Assembly: GCA_000165345.1 (NCBI GenBank)
Contig: CM000434.1
Location: forward strand, 32,001 to 96,000
Length of the DNA: 64,000 nt
Reading direction: 5' to 3'
Part shown: piece by piece, positions 43,254 to 56,481 of the stretch
Layout of the letters: the number at the start of each line of letters is the position of its first letter
Position numbering within the stretch: position 1 is the first letter of the stretch
The notes under the pieces: generated by a model
Told to the model about the DNA's origin: nothing
Databases searched by the model: none
Seen by the model: the letters and a program-made list of their open reading frames with translations, nothing else
Position numbers and translations under genes: made by a program

Positions 43254-45065
43254 ATGAATGAAATTATGTTAGAAGAAATGACTGAGCAAAATATTGATAA
43301 TTCTGGAGAATTATCAGTTTCAGAAATTTCTGGTGTGGAATATATTTTTTTCACAAAAAATGATGAAGCCAATATAAAATTTAGATTAGACAAAATGAGT
43401 ATGGATGATAAGTTATTGGAGGAATATTTGAATGATAAGAAGAAAATATTTATGAATGAGAAGATTCTGAATATATACCAAGGTGGGAGAGTTCTTGTAG
43501 GTATAATATTAAAGAAAGAATATAAATTATGTGATATAATTTTTGACTTGTCAAATTCTGAAAAACAATCGGTATTGAGTAATTTTATATGGGAAGGACA
43601 GTACCAAGTATTAGTAACCAAAGAAAATAATTACCTTGAAATTTTTAATGATGGAAAGGAAGGGAATAATTTAATGAATTTAGATGATGGATCATATATA
43701 AATTTGATAGGTATTTATAATTTAAAGAGTATAGAATGTAACTTGTATATTTTTCAATGTTCAATTATTATTAAACCACAGTATTGGAATGATTTATTAA
43801 ATTTTGATATTTTGATAAAGTATCATCAAAATGACATGTTTGAAAATTCAATATTAAATGATGAAATTAATGAGAGTTGTAATGAGATTGGTAAAAATGA
43901 ATTAAATTATGGTAGTCCTTTTGGTGATTTATTAGTATTGAATGAATTTTCAGATTCAAAAATATATTCTTATTCACTTTCTAAGCCAATATTTATTAAA
44001 GTTCCAATAATAATTTCAAATTATTTTCTTCAAGAAAGTTCTCAGATTTTATTTATTGAGATTTTAAATATTGGTGAAATTTCAGATTCAATATTGATTT
44101 ATGATATATTTAGTCATAATTTGAAACTAAATGGTAATAGCCCACTTGAACTTCCTTTTACATTAGGTAATAATCAGTCATTAGGATGTTCATTAATTAG
44201 AGTAGGTGGGAAAAAATTCTTAAATCAATAAAATATTGTGAAAAGATGAAATGATTCATTTACACCCATATATTCCATTTTTATCAAATGGAAATCAAAA
44301 CAATTTAATTCAAAATTAATTCTTACTCAATTTGCTCTTCAAATCAATTTTGATCAGAGAGTTGATATTATAAATTCAAGAGAAGAGAACCAAATCAATT
44401 CAATTAATGTTAATAAACATGAAAACAGTAATGATCATGATAATATCAATTCTTCATCTTTCTCATCATCATCTTCTGCAGTTTCTTCTTATTTATTTAG
44501 TCCAAGTTCACCACAAGCTTCTGTTCAATCAATTTGCTCTCCATTCACTCAAGAAGTCTGTTACTCTTCAAAATCTAATCTTGAAGAAAATTCAAGTAAT
44601 TGTAATAACAACTTGGAAGTTTATAGCAATAATGATAGTATAATACAAAAAAATGAGAATGATTTGGAAATAGAATCAAACTATAACTTTAAAGCAACAT
44701 GTACTTTTGATCGAATTTCAAAATACCCAGGTGAAACTGTTTATTTACTTATTGAAATATTTCCTATTGAAAGAGATAAATCATTAAATTTACTTGTAAC
44801 TGTTGAGTATGATCAATATTCACCCATTGTTCCTTTGTACGTTTCAATGCCAATAAATTATTTCCCAGAACCTAACTCTTCATCATATTCACAAAATATT
44901 TATGAAAATCCAACTTTATTGTATCCACTTAAAATTTGTAATCCTGGTATTTATAAATGTCCAAATATAACTATTTACGATTTTTCCACAAAATCTAATT
45001 ATACGATTAAAAAATTACCTTTATTGGTTTGCGAATCTCAACCAAACTGTAATAGTTCACTTTAA
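43254..45065 (+). CDS. Hypothetical protein. It probably has two exons, 43254-44201 and 44358-45065, joined across a 156-nt intron.
   Basis: The ORF at 43254-44231 is followed by an 800-nt open frame (44259-45065) in the same phase that has no ATG. A GTAGGT donor follows codon AGA at 44202 and a YAG acceptor lies at 44357. The intron length is 3n, and its in-frame stops would be removed by splicing. Confidence 0.45.
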
Positions 45066-45316
45066 AAAAAAGACTAATTAATCACTTCAAACTTTAAAAT
45101 AGTATAATGAAATTAAATGTTTTAAAAATTATATAACTTTTAATTCTGTATATATTTTCAAATTTAATTTAATAAAAAAAAAATCTCAACATTTTGATCT
45201 CTTTATTTTGATTCACTGCCATTTTTATCGTTTTCCCAATTTTTATTTTCATGCAAAAAAAACAATAAATATTTATTATTTTTTTTTTTGCATGCCAAAA
45301 AGAAATTTCAATTTAT

Positions 45317-45345
45317 TCATGTGGACAATATTACATAATACCGGT
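45317..45345. promoter_or_regulatory. Composite motif TTCATGTGGA-N11-ATACCGGT-GCATGC, with the first half inverted.
   Basis: It lies about 200 bp upstream of the ATG at 45540 and is flanked by CATGCAAAAAAAA and TGCATGCAAAAA repeats. Confidence 0.4.
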
Positions 45346-45539
45346 GCATGCAAAAAAAAAAAAAAAATGCAAAAATGCAAATGAGTGATATGAAAAGGAA
45401 AATAATTAAATAATAAAAAAAAATAACAATAATTTAAAAGTCCCCTTTTTTAATATTAAAAGAGGAAAGAAATAAAATATCATTTTTTAGATTGATATAG
45501 ATAATTTTCTAGGAAAGATATTTCAAGTAGAAAACAAAG

Positions 45540-46537
45540 ATGAAACTCAAGTATATTTCCAGTGGAATTCTAATAATAATCAGTTTATTTGGAAATTCTT
45601 ATCAAGTACAATTAAATTCAAAAGCTAAATCGGAATTTCCTTTAGCACTTGCAACCGGAATTCTTGGTAGTGTTGCTGAATCCATTAAAAATGGACCAAT
45701 TGGAGGAGCACTCATGATTCCTGTAAGTTTGGTTCAAAAATATTAAAAAAACAAGTTAAATTAATATTTATTTTTTAAAAAAATTATAGAAGGATAGAGT
45801 ACAAGGACCTTATGATGATTTATCAGAAGATCTAAATACCGCAACCACTGATATTAGATTGGAATATGAATCAGCAAAAAGAAGGATTTCCAAGTTTAGA
45901 GATGAGTTAATGGGGCCTGTTGATGAAGTACTACAAACTAAATTGGCTAGTAAGACTCAGGTATGTTATAATATTGTTTATAATTTCAATTTAATAATAA
46001 ACAATTTTAGTTAATGAGCAGATTAGAATACGTCGGGAAACTACTTAGAGCAGCTTATGATCAAGCTCATCCAGGTAAGTTATTGATAAAAATTAAAATT
46101 TTAACAAATATTAATATACCAATTTTTACAGATAAGGCTGGATTACCAATTGTATTAGTACAGAAGACATCAGCTGATGAAATGTTGTATCCACCAGAAG
46201 GATCAGATTTATCAGAATGTGCTGCTTCTGTCATTGAAGAAGCCGATGAAGAAATTGAGTTATTGGTAAGTTTTAAATTAACAAAATTTATATATTAATA
46301 ATTAATAATCACTTTTTAACCAATTTCTATATTTTTTTTTCTCAAAATGATTAACAGAGTCCACCAGATGTTACCAATCAAAATGAAATTCTTGATCAAA
46401 TGGATGATCAAGAAAGATATGAATATAGTTCAAATATGGCAGAATTCTTCAATCAAAAAGCTAATGCACTTAAAGAAGAACTTTCTAGTTCATTAAATAC
46501 TTGGGTTAACAATCAACTCATTCCAAGAAATGCATAA
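45540..46537 (+). CDS. Small secreted protein of about 243 aa encoded by 5 exons: join(45540..45722, 45790..45960, 46011..46074, 46132..46265, 46358..46537).
   Basis: Signal peptide MKLKYISSGILIIISLFGNSYQ. All four introns are GTAAGT/GTATGT...YAG, about 50-90 nt long and more than 85% AT. The exons are GC-richer than surrounding genes. The product is acidic and helical (...EYESAKRRISKFRDELMGPVDEVLQTKLASKTQ...). Confidence 0.65.
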
Positions 46538-46824
46538 TTATGATTAATTACCTTAATATTACTAATTAATTTCATTATTAATGAATTATGAATTTGAAGA
46601 AAAAGGGTAATGAGAAACTTTTATGAACAAGACAATAAATTATTTATAAACAAGTCGTCCATCAAATATAATCACAAAAAAAAGAAAACAACTCTTCATA
46701 TTCCCTATCTTTGTTATTCTTTCATTTTTTTTGATAATTTTCATTTATATTATAAATTCATATTGCTAGTAATATTATTATTCACTATTAATATTTATAT
46801 TTCTTCTATTTTTGCCTTATCAAA

Positions 46825-46893
<69 letters not shown>

Positions 46894-47624
46894 ATAATCT
46901 AATAAAACTATTTTCACATTAATAAACTAAAGATCAAAAAAATAAAGAAATTAAACAAAATCGTCATTAATATTTTCTCACTTGAAAAAAAAAAGTGCAC
47001 ATTTTAGCGCCAATTAGAATTTTAATTATTTGATGAATTTGTGTGATGTGCTGTTAATTAGTTTAAACGAATTTATTTAATTAAATTGAAATGGCGCGCA
47101 AACTTTATTGAGTATTTCCATGTAATGCTATAAAATAGTTTTAGGCGGGAGACTTGCTAATTACTGTTAAAGTCAGGAAAAATGAAGGCAAAAAAAAAAT
47201 AATAATAAAATTTACAAGGGGAAAAAGCTGTTAATTACAATATTTATGTAGTTAATAAATAAAAGGTTTAGTGATCAAATTGATAAAAAAGGAAATCGAG
47301 GAGGAAAGTTGTAAAATATAGAACTTTTTATACTGAAAATATTAACATACAAGTTAAATAATAATTAAAACAAAAGAAAAAAATTGCTTCTTTTGATAAT
47401 TGAATTATTCATTCGATTGGTCTGGTAATGGAATAAATTTAAAAGAGTGAATGGGAATAAAGATTATTTTATTACATTGAGATTGATAGTTTTTTAAACT
47501 ATTTCAAATTTTTTAAATTTGAAGAATTGAAATAATTATATTAAAAAATAATATAAATATTGATTCAATTCATCATCTTATAAATCATTTAATAAAATAA
47601 TTTGAATTATATTTGGAAAATAAA

Positions 47625-50051
47625 ATGTGGTATTTTGGAATATTCACAGCTTTATTATCATCCATTTTGGGTGGATTAGGCGATAATTTGATTAGATTGA
47701 GTTTTACTTTAGAAGAAGAGTTAAACCATAAAGAAAGAAGACCAGTTATTTTAAGACCAATTTGGATATTAGGTGTACTTTTTTCGTGTATATTAAATGC
47801 AATATTAATAATAATTAGTTTAAATTTTGCATCAGCAATGATAGTAACTCCATTTTCTGGCTTACATATATTTTGGAGTATTATATTTAGTAAGTATATT
47901 TTAAATGAAGAAATAAAATCAAGGCATTATAAAGGTACAGGTTTGGTAATTTTTGGATTATTATTTATTATATTATTTGGTATCAAAGATGTACCAGTTT
48001 ATAATGTACATGAACTCGGTATATTATATTCACAACCAAAATTTGTTTTATATTGCTTTGTAAATATTTCATTTATATTAATTTGTACATATTTATCATT
48101 TTTTGGACTGGATGGGACTGAAGAAAATAAATACAAGAATGAAATAAACATAAATAATACATTATCAAATAATAAAATTGAAAATAATAATATTGAGCAA
48201 AATGATAATAATATTAATAGAAAATCAATTAAAGATATTATTATTTTAAATAAAAATACTTTACATTTAAAAATTTCGAATTTGAGAGATTATTTAAGTA
48301 AAAGTAAATATATCGAATACGAAAAGAATGTTTCTGTAATGGATAACTCAGATTTAAATTATAATTCTAATGAAAATGTAATTAGAACAATGGATATAAA
48401 AAATGATAATATTATAGGTGATGGATATATGAATAGTAATTCTGATATTAAATATGGATTTGGAAGAGAGAATAGTATATATGAAAGTAATAATGTGGGA
48501 TTTTATAATAAAATATTGAATTATATTAATAAGATAGAAAAAAGAATTGATATAATTAATTCATTATTTATTGAATTAACAAAAGGATTCCCAAGAGTTG
48601 AGATATCAATACCAATTAAAAGATTTTGTATTTGTTCAGTATCAGGTCTTATAGGAGGATATACAAATGTTCTTGTACAGAATTTGATACAAATAATATT
48701 AATAGATGGAGTATATACTCTAATTCATAAATTAACATATCAACTTTTAATTATGATACTTATTACAGGCTCAATACAATGGGCATTTTGGAATACTGCA
48801 TTATCAAAATATCAAGCAATTTTTGTTGTACCTATAGTTAATTCAGTATTAATTGCATCCAGTGGGTTTTGTAATTTAATGCTTTATTATGACAATCAAT
48901 ACGTATCAAATTCACTTTTGGGGATATTTTTTAAGATGAATTTTCTACTTGGACAATCTCTTATTTTAGTTGGGATTTATATTATAAGCAGAGCAAATAG
49001 AACCATAGTAAATGAAAATAATAACTTGGATAATAATGATATTAATAGTAATTCAGTTAATGAAGAGAATATTTTTGATTTTAGTGAAAATTCTCAAACA
49101 TCGGATCCAATAAATAATAAACTTTATTTATATTTAGAATCAAAATTTTCTAATTTTGCTGATATTACCAGTTTTTTTAAAGCTAAAAAAGAGAAAATAA
49201 GTTCTTCTTTGGAAAGCCTTCTTGGACTATCTAGAAACCAAAATTTATCCAATAATCATTCAACTTCTTCGTTACCTAACACTAAATATTTGAAAAATAA
49301 TAATCAATTCTATATTAATAATACTATTATTCTTCCTCAAGAAGAATATGTTGATGGTCAATCTACATGCATTCATGTGGATAATTGTCAGGCGGCAACT
49401 GCCAATACCGGTATTCAAGTAGAAAAATCTCAAATTAATGTGGAAAAAAATTATTTATCATCCAATAATAATATTAACCATTTAAATGACCAAGAAGAAA
49501 TGGATATTGTAAGTCAGCAAATTATTATGCCAATAAATACAGAGTATTCTTTGAATACTTTAGGACAACAAGAAAATATTACTGATACTGACTATAACAA
49601 AAAATATGGAATTGAGTTAGAATCATATGTTTTGGATGAGTATGATATTGATGATTTTGAGATTCCTTTTTCAAATCAAGATTATACAGGAAGAGAAGCA
49701 ATGATTTTACAGAATATGGGAGGAAATTATCAATATGAAGATTATGTCAATGAACAAATAATTAATACTAGTTCAATGCTTAGTTTTGGGGATGATATAT
49801 TGGAAGAAAATATTACACAGAATTATTATGAAAGCGACTTAATGGCAACTAAAGAAACTGAATATAATGAGGATTTTACTACTAATAATCATAGTCATGC
49901 AGTCAATTCAGGTTTCAGTCATAATATTCAAAGCAATGAAACTGAAGTTAATATAACAACTAGTGATTTAAAGTTTGATTGTAATCCAAGTCTTTCAACA
50001 TGTTCAACTAATTCTACTGTACTAAATTCCTTTATTACCAATATTTTATAA
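47625..50051 (+). CDS. NIPA-family (DUF803) Mg2+ transporter with a long Asn-rich central insert and C-terminal extension.
   Basis: The N-terminal half AMIVTPFSGLHIFWSIIFSKYILNEEI is comparable to the NIPA block [27 protein letters not shown]. The second half ...CSVSGLIGGYTNVLVQNL...IQWAFWNTALSKYQAIFVVPIVNSVL has the NIPA topology. The last about 350 aa are low-complexity. Confidence 0.7.
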   Translation: MWYFGIFTALLSSILGGLGDNLIRLSFTLEEELNHKERRPVILRPIWILGVLFSCILNAILIIISLNFASAMIVTPFSGLHIFWSIIFSKYILNEEIKSRHYKGTGLVIFGLLFIILFGIKDVPVYNVHELGILYSQPKFVLYCFVNISFILICTYLSFFGLDGTEENKYKNEININNTLSNNKIENNNIEQNDNNINRKSIKDIIILNKNTLHLKISNLRDYLSKSKYIEYEKNVSVMDNSDLNYNSNENVIRTMDIKNDNIIGDGYMNSNSDIKYGFGRENSIYESNNVGFYNKILNYINKIEKRIDIINSLFIELTKGFPRVEISIPIKRFCICSVSGLIGGYTNVLVQNLIQIILIDGVYTLIHKLTYQLLIMILITGSIQWAFWNTALSKYQAIFVVPIVNSVLIASSGFCNLMLYYDNQYVSNSLLGIFFKMNFLLGQSLILVGIYIISRANRTIVNENNNLDNNDINSNSVNEENIFDFSENSQTSDPINNKLYLYLESKFSNFADITSFFKAKKEKISSSLESLLGLSRNQNLSNNHSTSSLPNTKYLKNNNQFYINNTIILPQEEYVDGQSTCIHVDNCQAATANTGIQVEKSQINVEKNYLSSNNNINHLNDQEEMDIVSQQIIMPINTEYSLNTLGQQENITDTDYNKKYGIELESYVLDEYDIDDFEIPFSNQDYTGREAMILQNMGGNYQYEDYVNEQIINTSSMLSFGDDILEENITQNYYESDLMATKETEYNEDFTTNNHSHAVNSGFSHNIQSNETEVNITTSDLKFDCNPSLSTCSTNSTVLNSFITNIL

Positions 50052-50212
50052 TTTACAAAAATCAAGAGTTTTTAAAGAATAAATTAAATAATAGCTTTAA
50101 TTTACTATTCTTGGATATATATTACAGTAGGATCAGTCTTGTCAATATAAGCAATATTACTACTATTTCTTCTATCGTATTCATCTATAATTAAAGTATT
50201 ATTAATAAATAA

Positions 50213-50250
<38 letters not shown>

Positions 50251-50258
50251 TGAATAAT

Positions 50259-50784
50259 TTAATACTTACCTCCAAGATCTTCTTCAGTTATTGAATCTTT
50301 TGTGGCTTTTAGATAAATCTTATAAAATGATCTGACAAAAGTTGCACATCCTCCTTTATGGAATGAGATCCACCATTTTGAATTGCCTGATAAAGGATAT
50401 GTTGAATTATTACATGGTTTAACAAACCCTTCCAAGTAACTTGCTAATAATACTGGTTGTTTAAATTCCAAATTATAAACATTTTTAAGTGGAATACATA
50501 AAGATACAAAATTACTTAATGCATTTGTTGAAAGTTTACTCCTAATTAATATAACTCTTTTATTAGTAACAAAAACATCTCCATGTCCTTTAAACCTTTC
50601 ATTTACATCGTCTAGTCCAAATTTTACTGATTTTCTTGACATCAACATGTATTCGTCTCTCAATAATGATGGTATTAACTCGCCTAAATTTAAATTAAGA
50701 TTTATATAATTTTTTATATGTTTATCTATTTGAAATAAAATTACCTGTTTCTCTAAGATTGAAAAGTTCTGGATTAATCGACAT
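50259..50784 (-). CDS. WBP2-like GRAM-domain protein with 2 exons: complement(50745..50784, 50259..50683).
   Basis: Micro-exon 1 is ATG TCG ATT AAT CCA GAA CTT TTC AAT CTT AGA GAA ACA G | GTAAT. The 61-nt intron ends at the acceptor AATTTAG. Exon 2 encodes ...VKFGLDDVNERFKGHGDVFVTNKRVILI...FKQPVLLASYLEGFVKP...KWWISFHKGGCATF, matching the WBP2 N-terminal GRAM-like domain. Confidence 0.55.
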
Positions 50785-51711
50785 TATTCCCCTTTTTACT
50801 ACTAACAACAGATTTTTTTTTTAAAATCCCAATACACAATTCCTTTTTTTTTTTCTCCCTTAACTTTATTCTAAGTAGTTATTAATTATATCACTCAAAT
50901 CTGAATATCTTTTTTAAGTTAAATCAATATTCCTAATTTACCGTATATCTGCTCAAATGTAAACAACTTATTTAAAAGTTTCTTTTTATACTTAATAAAT
51001 TTGATTAATCCACAGATTAATAAAGAAAAGAAAATCAAGGCTTTTTTTAATTATTAATATATTCTTTGAAAATAGAAACGAAAAAAAATGTTAATATTGG
51101 TAGTAATATTAGTGCTAGTAATAGAAATAGCAGTGTAATGAACAGTGGTAATAGTAATTACAGTATTATTTTATTACTATTAGTAGTGCAGTTTTCCTGG
51201 TATAAATATTAATAATAAAAGTAATATTTATCAAGAAGAAGGAAAAAAAACTCGGATTTACAGTTTTATTTGGTTTTAGTTGTTTAACTATTCTCACCAA
51301 ATAATTAATGTAAAATTTGTATTTTAATTTTATTGATTGAAAAAAAAAAATACAATTAATTCAAGTTTCTAAACCCTCAGTAATTAAAGAACCAAAATCT
51401 TTTCAAACTGACTACTCTCCATTCATTTATTAGATCTTTTCTTCTTTTTTTTTTTAATAAATATAAATAAAATAATAAATTTAATTATTTTATTTTCTCC
51501 ATTCTGCACACAAAGATAACACGTAATTATTACTAATATAATTTTTTCATTCACTTTCCCGCCTAAATTTTTACTATTTTTTTTTAAGAAAATTTATGAG
51601 ATATATATTGTGGGACAAAAGTAATAATATATAAATACAATAAATATATTTTTGAAATTAGTATCGAATAAAAAAAGAAAGGAAATAAAGAAGAATTATA
51701 TTTTGATTATA

Positions 51712-52476
<765 letters not shown>

Positions 52477-52639
52477 TTTATAATTATTTATTTAATTCTT
52501 GTTAATATTAATATTACCAATAATTAAACTTTAATTTTCGTAATTTTTTTTTTTTTTAATCATATTGGTCTTATAAATTTAACAAATAAAGGAAAATCAT
52601 TTATAATAAATTTATCTTTTTGTTCTTTCAATTGTGTAC

Positions 52640-53930
52640 CATGAAAAATTAAANGANNCTNTTGATATGATATGCATCGCAAATCATCATCTATTTGATC
52701 GTTTGTATTAATATTATTACTTTGAATAAATCTAGTAATATTATATTCAGTACATGTAATAAATTCTGTACCTTTAATATCCCAAGATATACAATTTGTT
52801 GGATAATTTGTTTGATTAATTATTGAATAAATTAATATTAATTTACCTCTTTTTTTCTCATATAAATCCCATCTCCATATACCTATCCAAGGTATACCAT
52901 TTATATCTTTAAATACTTGATTTATATCATCTTGCTCAGTTTTATTATCGTTATCATCATTATCATTATTATTATTATTATTGGTATTGGTATTAATATT
53001 ATTGGTATTATTTGTATTATTATTAATTATATTATTATTATTATTATTATTATTATTTATATGGTTTNGGGTATTATTTAGAGTATTATTTTGAATATTA
53101 TCGCCATTTATACCTATTATTATTACTCATTATATATTATTATTATTATTATTTAATTATTATTATTATCACTATAATTACCATTTTTGTTGAGCATTAT
53201 TATTATTACTAAAATAAATAAAAGAATCATGGCTTGTAGCAAGTATTNCATAATTTCTTGAGTAATTTGGACACCATTTAACAATCTAATACATAATTTC
53301 TTAATAATCCTGTTAATACATCATCCTCATTTTTATTATTATTTCGAGTATTAATATCTTTTGTATCATATAAACAATCCCATGTAGAAAATAATTCATT
53401 AGATTTTTTATCAATATTATCATCATTATTTATTTGATTATTATTAATAACATTATTACTATATTTGATCATCCATAATAGAATTTAATTTAATAAAAAT
53501 ACTTATCATACCATTATTTGAACCAATAGCAATCAAATTCATATTATATATATCATTTTCAATAATTGTTAAATTATTAATAAATGAAAATGATGTCATT
53601 TGATAACTATTGATTGATATATTACATGTAAATTGTTCTATGATTGACCAATTATGAAATAATGGTGAATCTTGACAAGAATATATTCTAAAATGACCAT
53701 CTTTTGTAAATACTATCAATGATATATTGATTGTTGATGTATTGATTGTTAATTTATTATTATTTTCATAATTTAATATAAAACTTGAATTAATTATTGT
53801 ATTTCTTGAATCTCTTAATCTTGCTGTCATATTACAAATTCCACCCAATTTATTAATATTATTATCAATATTATCGATATTATTTTGAGTATTATTATCA
53901 TTATTATTTAATAATGATTGTGAGGATGTA
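52640..53930 (-). CDS. Hypothetical protein, possibly WD-repeat-like. Its N-terminus is lost in the assembly gap.
   Basis: The minus-strand ORFs 53459-53848 and 53278-53472, plus a further open frame 52640-52960 (...WIGIWRWDLYEKKRGKLILIYSIINQ...CISWDIKGTEF...), read towards the N-gap. Scattered 'n' bases lie at 52645, 53068 and 53248. Confidence 0.3.
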
Positions 53931-53990
53931 TTTTCAATTGGTAATTTTAATATATCTCTATAATTTTTATTTAATAACCATNNNNNNNNN

Positions 53991-56481
53991 NNNNNNNNNN
54001 NNNNNNNNNNNNNNNNNNNNNNNNNNNNNNNNNNNNNNNNNNNNNNNNNNNNNNNNNNNNNNNNNNNNNNNNNNNNNNNNNNNNNNNNNNNNNNNNNNNN
54101 NNNNNNNNNNNNNNNNNNNNNNNNNNNNNNNNNNNNNNNNNNNNNNNNNNNNNNNNNNNNNNNNNNNNNNNNNNNNNNNNNNNNNNNNNNNNNNNNNNNN
54201 NNNNNNNNNNNNNNNNNNNNNNNNNNNNNNNNNNNNNNNNNNNNNNNNNNNNNNNNNNNNNNNNNNNNNNNNNNNNNNNNNNNNNNNNNNNNNNNNNNNN
54301 NNNNNNNNNNNNNNNNNNNNNNNNNNNNNNNNNNNNNNNNNNNNNNNNNNNNNNNNNNNNNNNNNNNNNNNNNNNNNNNNNNNNNNNNNNNNNNNNNNNN
54401 NNNNNNNNNNNNNNNNNNNNNNNNNNNNNNNNNNNNNNNNNNNNNNNNNNNNNNNNNNNNNNNNNNNNNNNNNNNNNNNNNNNNNNNNNNNNNNNNNNNN
54501 NNNNNNNNNNNNNNNNNNNNNNNNNNNNNNNNNNNNNNNNNNNNNNNNNNNNNNNNNNNNNNNNNNNNNNNNNNNNNNNNNNNNNNNNNNNNNNNNNNNN
54601 NNNNNNNNNNNNNNNNNNNNNNNNNNNNNNNNNNNNNNNNNNNNNNNNNNNNNNNNNNNNNNNNNNNNNNNNNNNNNNNNNNNNNNNNNNNNNNNNNNNN
54701 NNNNNNNNNNNNNNNNNNNNNNNNNNNNNNNNNNNNNNNNNNNNNNNNNNNNNNNNNNNNNNNNNNNNNNNNNNNNNNNNNNNNNNNNNNNNNNNNNNNN
54801 NNNNNNNNNNNNNNNNNNNNNNNNNNNNNNNNNNNNNNNNNNNNNNNNNNNNNNNNNNNNNNNNNNNNNNNNNNNNNNNNNNNNNNNNNNNNNNNNNNNN
54901 NNNNNNNNNNNNNNNNNNNNNNNNNNNNNNNNNNNNNNNNNNNNNNNNNNNNNNNNNNNNNNNNNNNNNNNNNNNNNNNNNNNNNNNNNNNNNNNNNNNN
55001 NNNNNNNNNNNNNNNNNNNNNNNNNNNNNNNNNNNNNNNNNNNNNNNNNNNNNNNNNNNNNNNNNNNNNNNNNNNNNNNNNNNNNNNNNNNNNNNNNNNN
55101 NNNNNNNNNNNNNNNNNNNNNNNNNNNNNNNNNNNNNNNNNNNNNNNNNNNNNNNNNNNNNNNNNNNNNNNNNNNNNNNNNNNNNNNNNNNNNNNNNNNN
55201 NNNNNNNNNNNNNNNNNNNNNNNNNNNNNNNNNNNNNNNNNNNNNNNNNNNNNNNNNNNNNNNNNNNNNNNNNNNNNNNNNNNNNNNNNNNNNNNNNNNN
55301 NNNNNNNNNNNNNNNNNNNNNNNNNNNNNNNNNNNNNNNNNNNNNNNNNNNNNNNNNNNNNNNNNNNNNNNNNNNNNNNNNNNNNNNNNNNNNNNNNNNN
55401 NNNNNNNNNNNNNNNNNNNNNNNNNNNNNNNNNNNNNNNNNNNNNNNNNNNNNNNNNNNNNNNNNNNNNNNNNNNNNNNNNNNNNNNNNNNNNNNNNNNN
55501 NNNNNNNNNNNNNNNNNNNNNNNNNNNNNNNNNNNNNNNNNNNNNNNNNNNNNNNNNNNNNNNNNNNNNNNNNNNNNNNNNNNNNNNNNNNNNNNNNNNN
55601 NNNNNNNNNNNNNNNNNNNNNNNNNNNNNNNNNNNNNNNNNNNNNNNNNNNNNNNNNNNNNNNNNNNNNNNNNNNNNNNNNNNNNNNNNNNNNNNNNNNN
55701 NNNNNNNNNNNNNNNNNNNNNNNNNNNNNNNNNNNNNNNNNNNNNNNNNNNNNNNNNNNNNNNNNNNNNNNNNNNNNNNNNNNNNNNNNNNNNNNNNNNN
55801 NNNNNNNNNNNNNNNNNNNNNNNNNNNNNNNNNNNNNNNNNNNNNNNNNNNNNNNNNNNNNNNNNNNNNNNNNNNNNNNNNNNNNNNNNNNNNNNNNNNN
55901 NNNNNNNNNNNNNNNNNNNNNNNNNNNNNNNNNNNNNNNNNNNNNNNNNNNNNNNNNNNNNNNNNNNNNNNNNNNNNNNNNNNNNNNNNNNNNNNNNNNN
56001 NNNNNNNNNNNNNNNNNNNNNNNNNNNNNNNNNNNNNNNNNNNNNNNNNNNNNNNNNNNNNNNNNNNNNNNNNNNNNNNNNNNNNNNNNNNNNNNNNNNN
56101 NNNNNNNNNNNNNNNNNNNNNNNNNNNNNNNNNNNNNNNNNNNNNNNNNNNNNNNNNNNNNNNNNNNNNNNNNNNNNNNNNNNNNNNNNNNNNNNNNNNN
56201 NNNNNNNNNNNNNNNNNNNNNNNNNNNNNNNNNNNNNNNNNNNNNNNNNNNNNNNNNNNNNNNNNNNNNNNNNNNNNNNNNNNNNNNNNNNNNNNNNNNN
56301 NNNNNNNNNNNNNNNNNNNNNNNNNNNNNNNNNNNNNNNNNNNNNNNNNNNNNNNNNNNNNNNNNNNNNNNNNNNNNNNNNNNNNNNNNNNNNNNNNNNN
56401 NNNNNNNNNNNNNNNNNNNNNNNNNNNNNNNNNNNNNNNNNNNNNNNNNNNNNNNNNNNNNNNNNNNNNNNNNNNNNNNNN
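53991..56481. other. Assembly gap of about 2.5 kb of N, flanked by low-quality sequence with scattered n at 56482-56960.
   Basis: A direct run of n. The ORFs at 53914-56511 and 53967-56504 in the track are poly-X artefacts of this gap. Confidence 0.99.
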
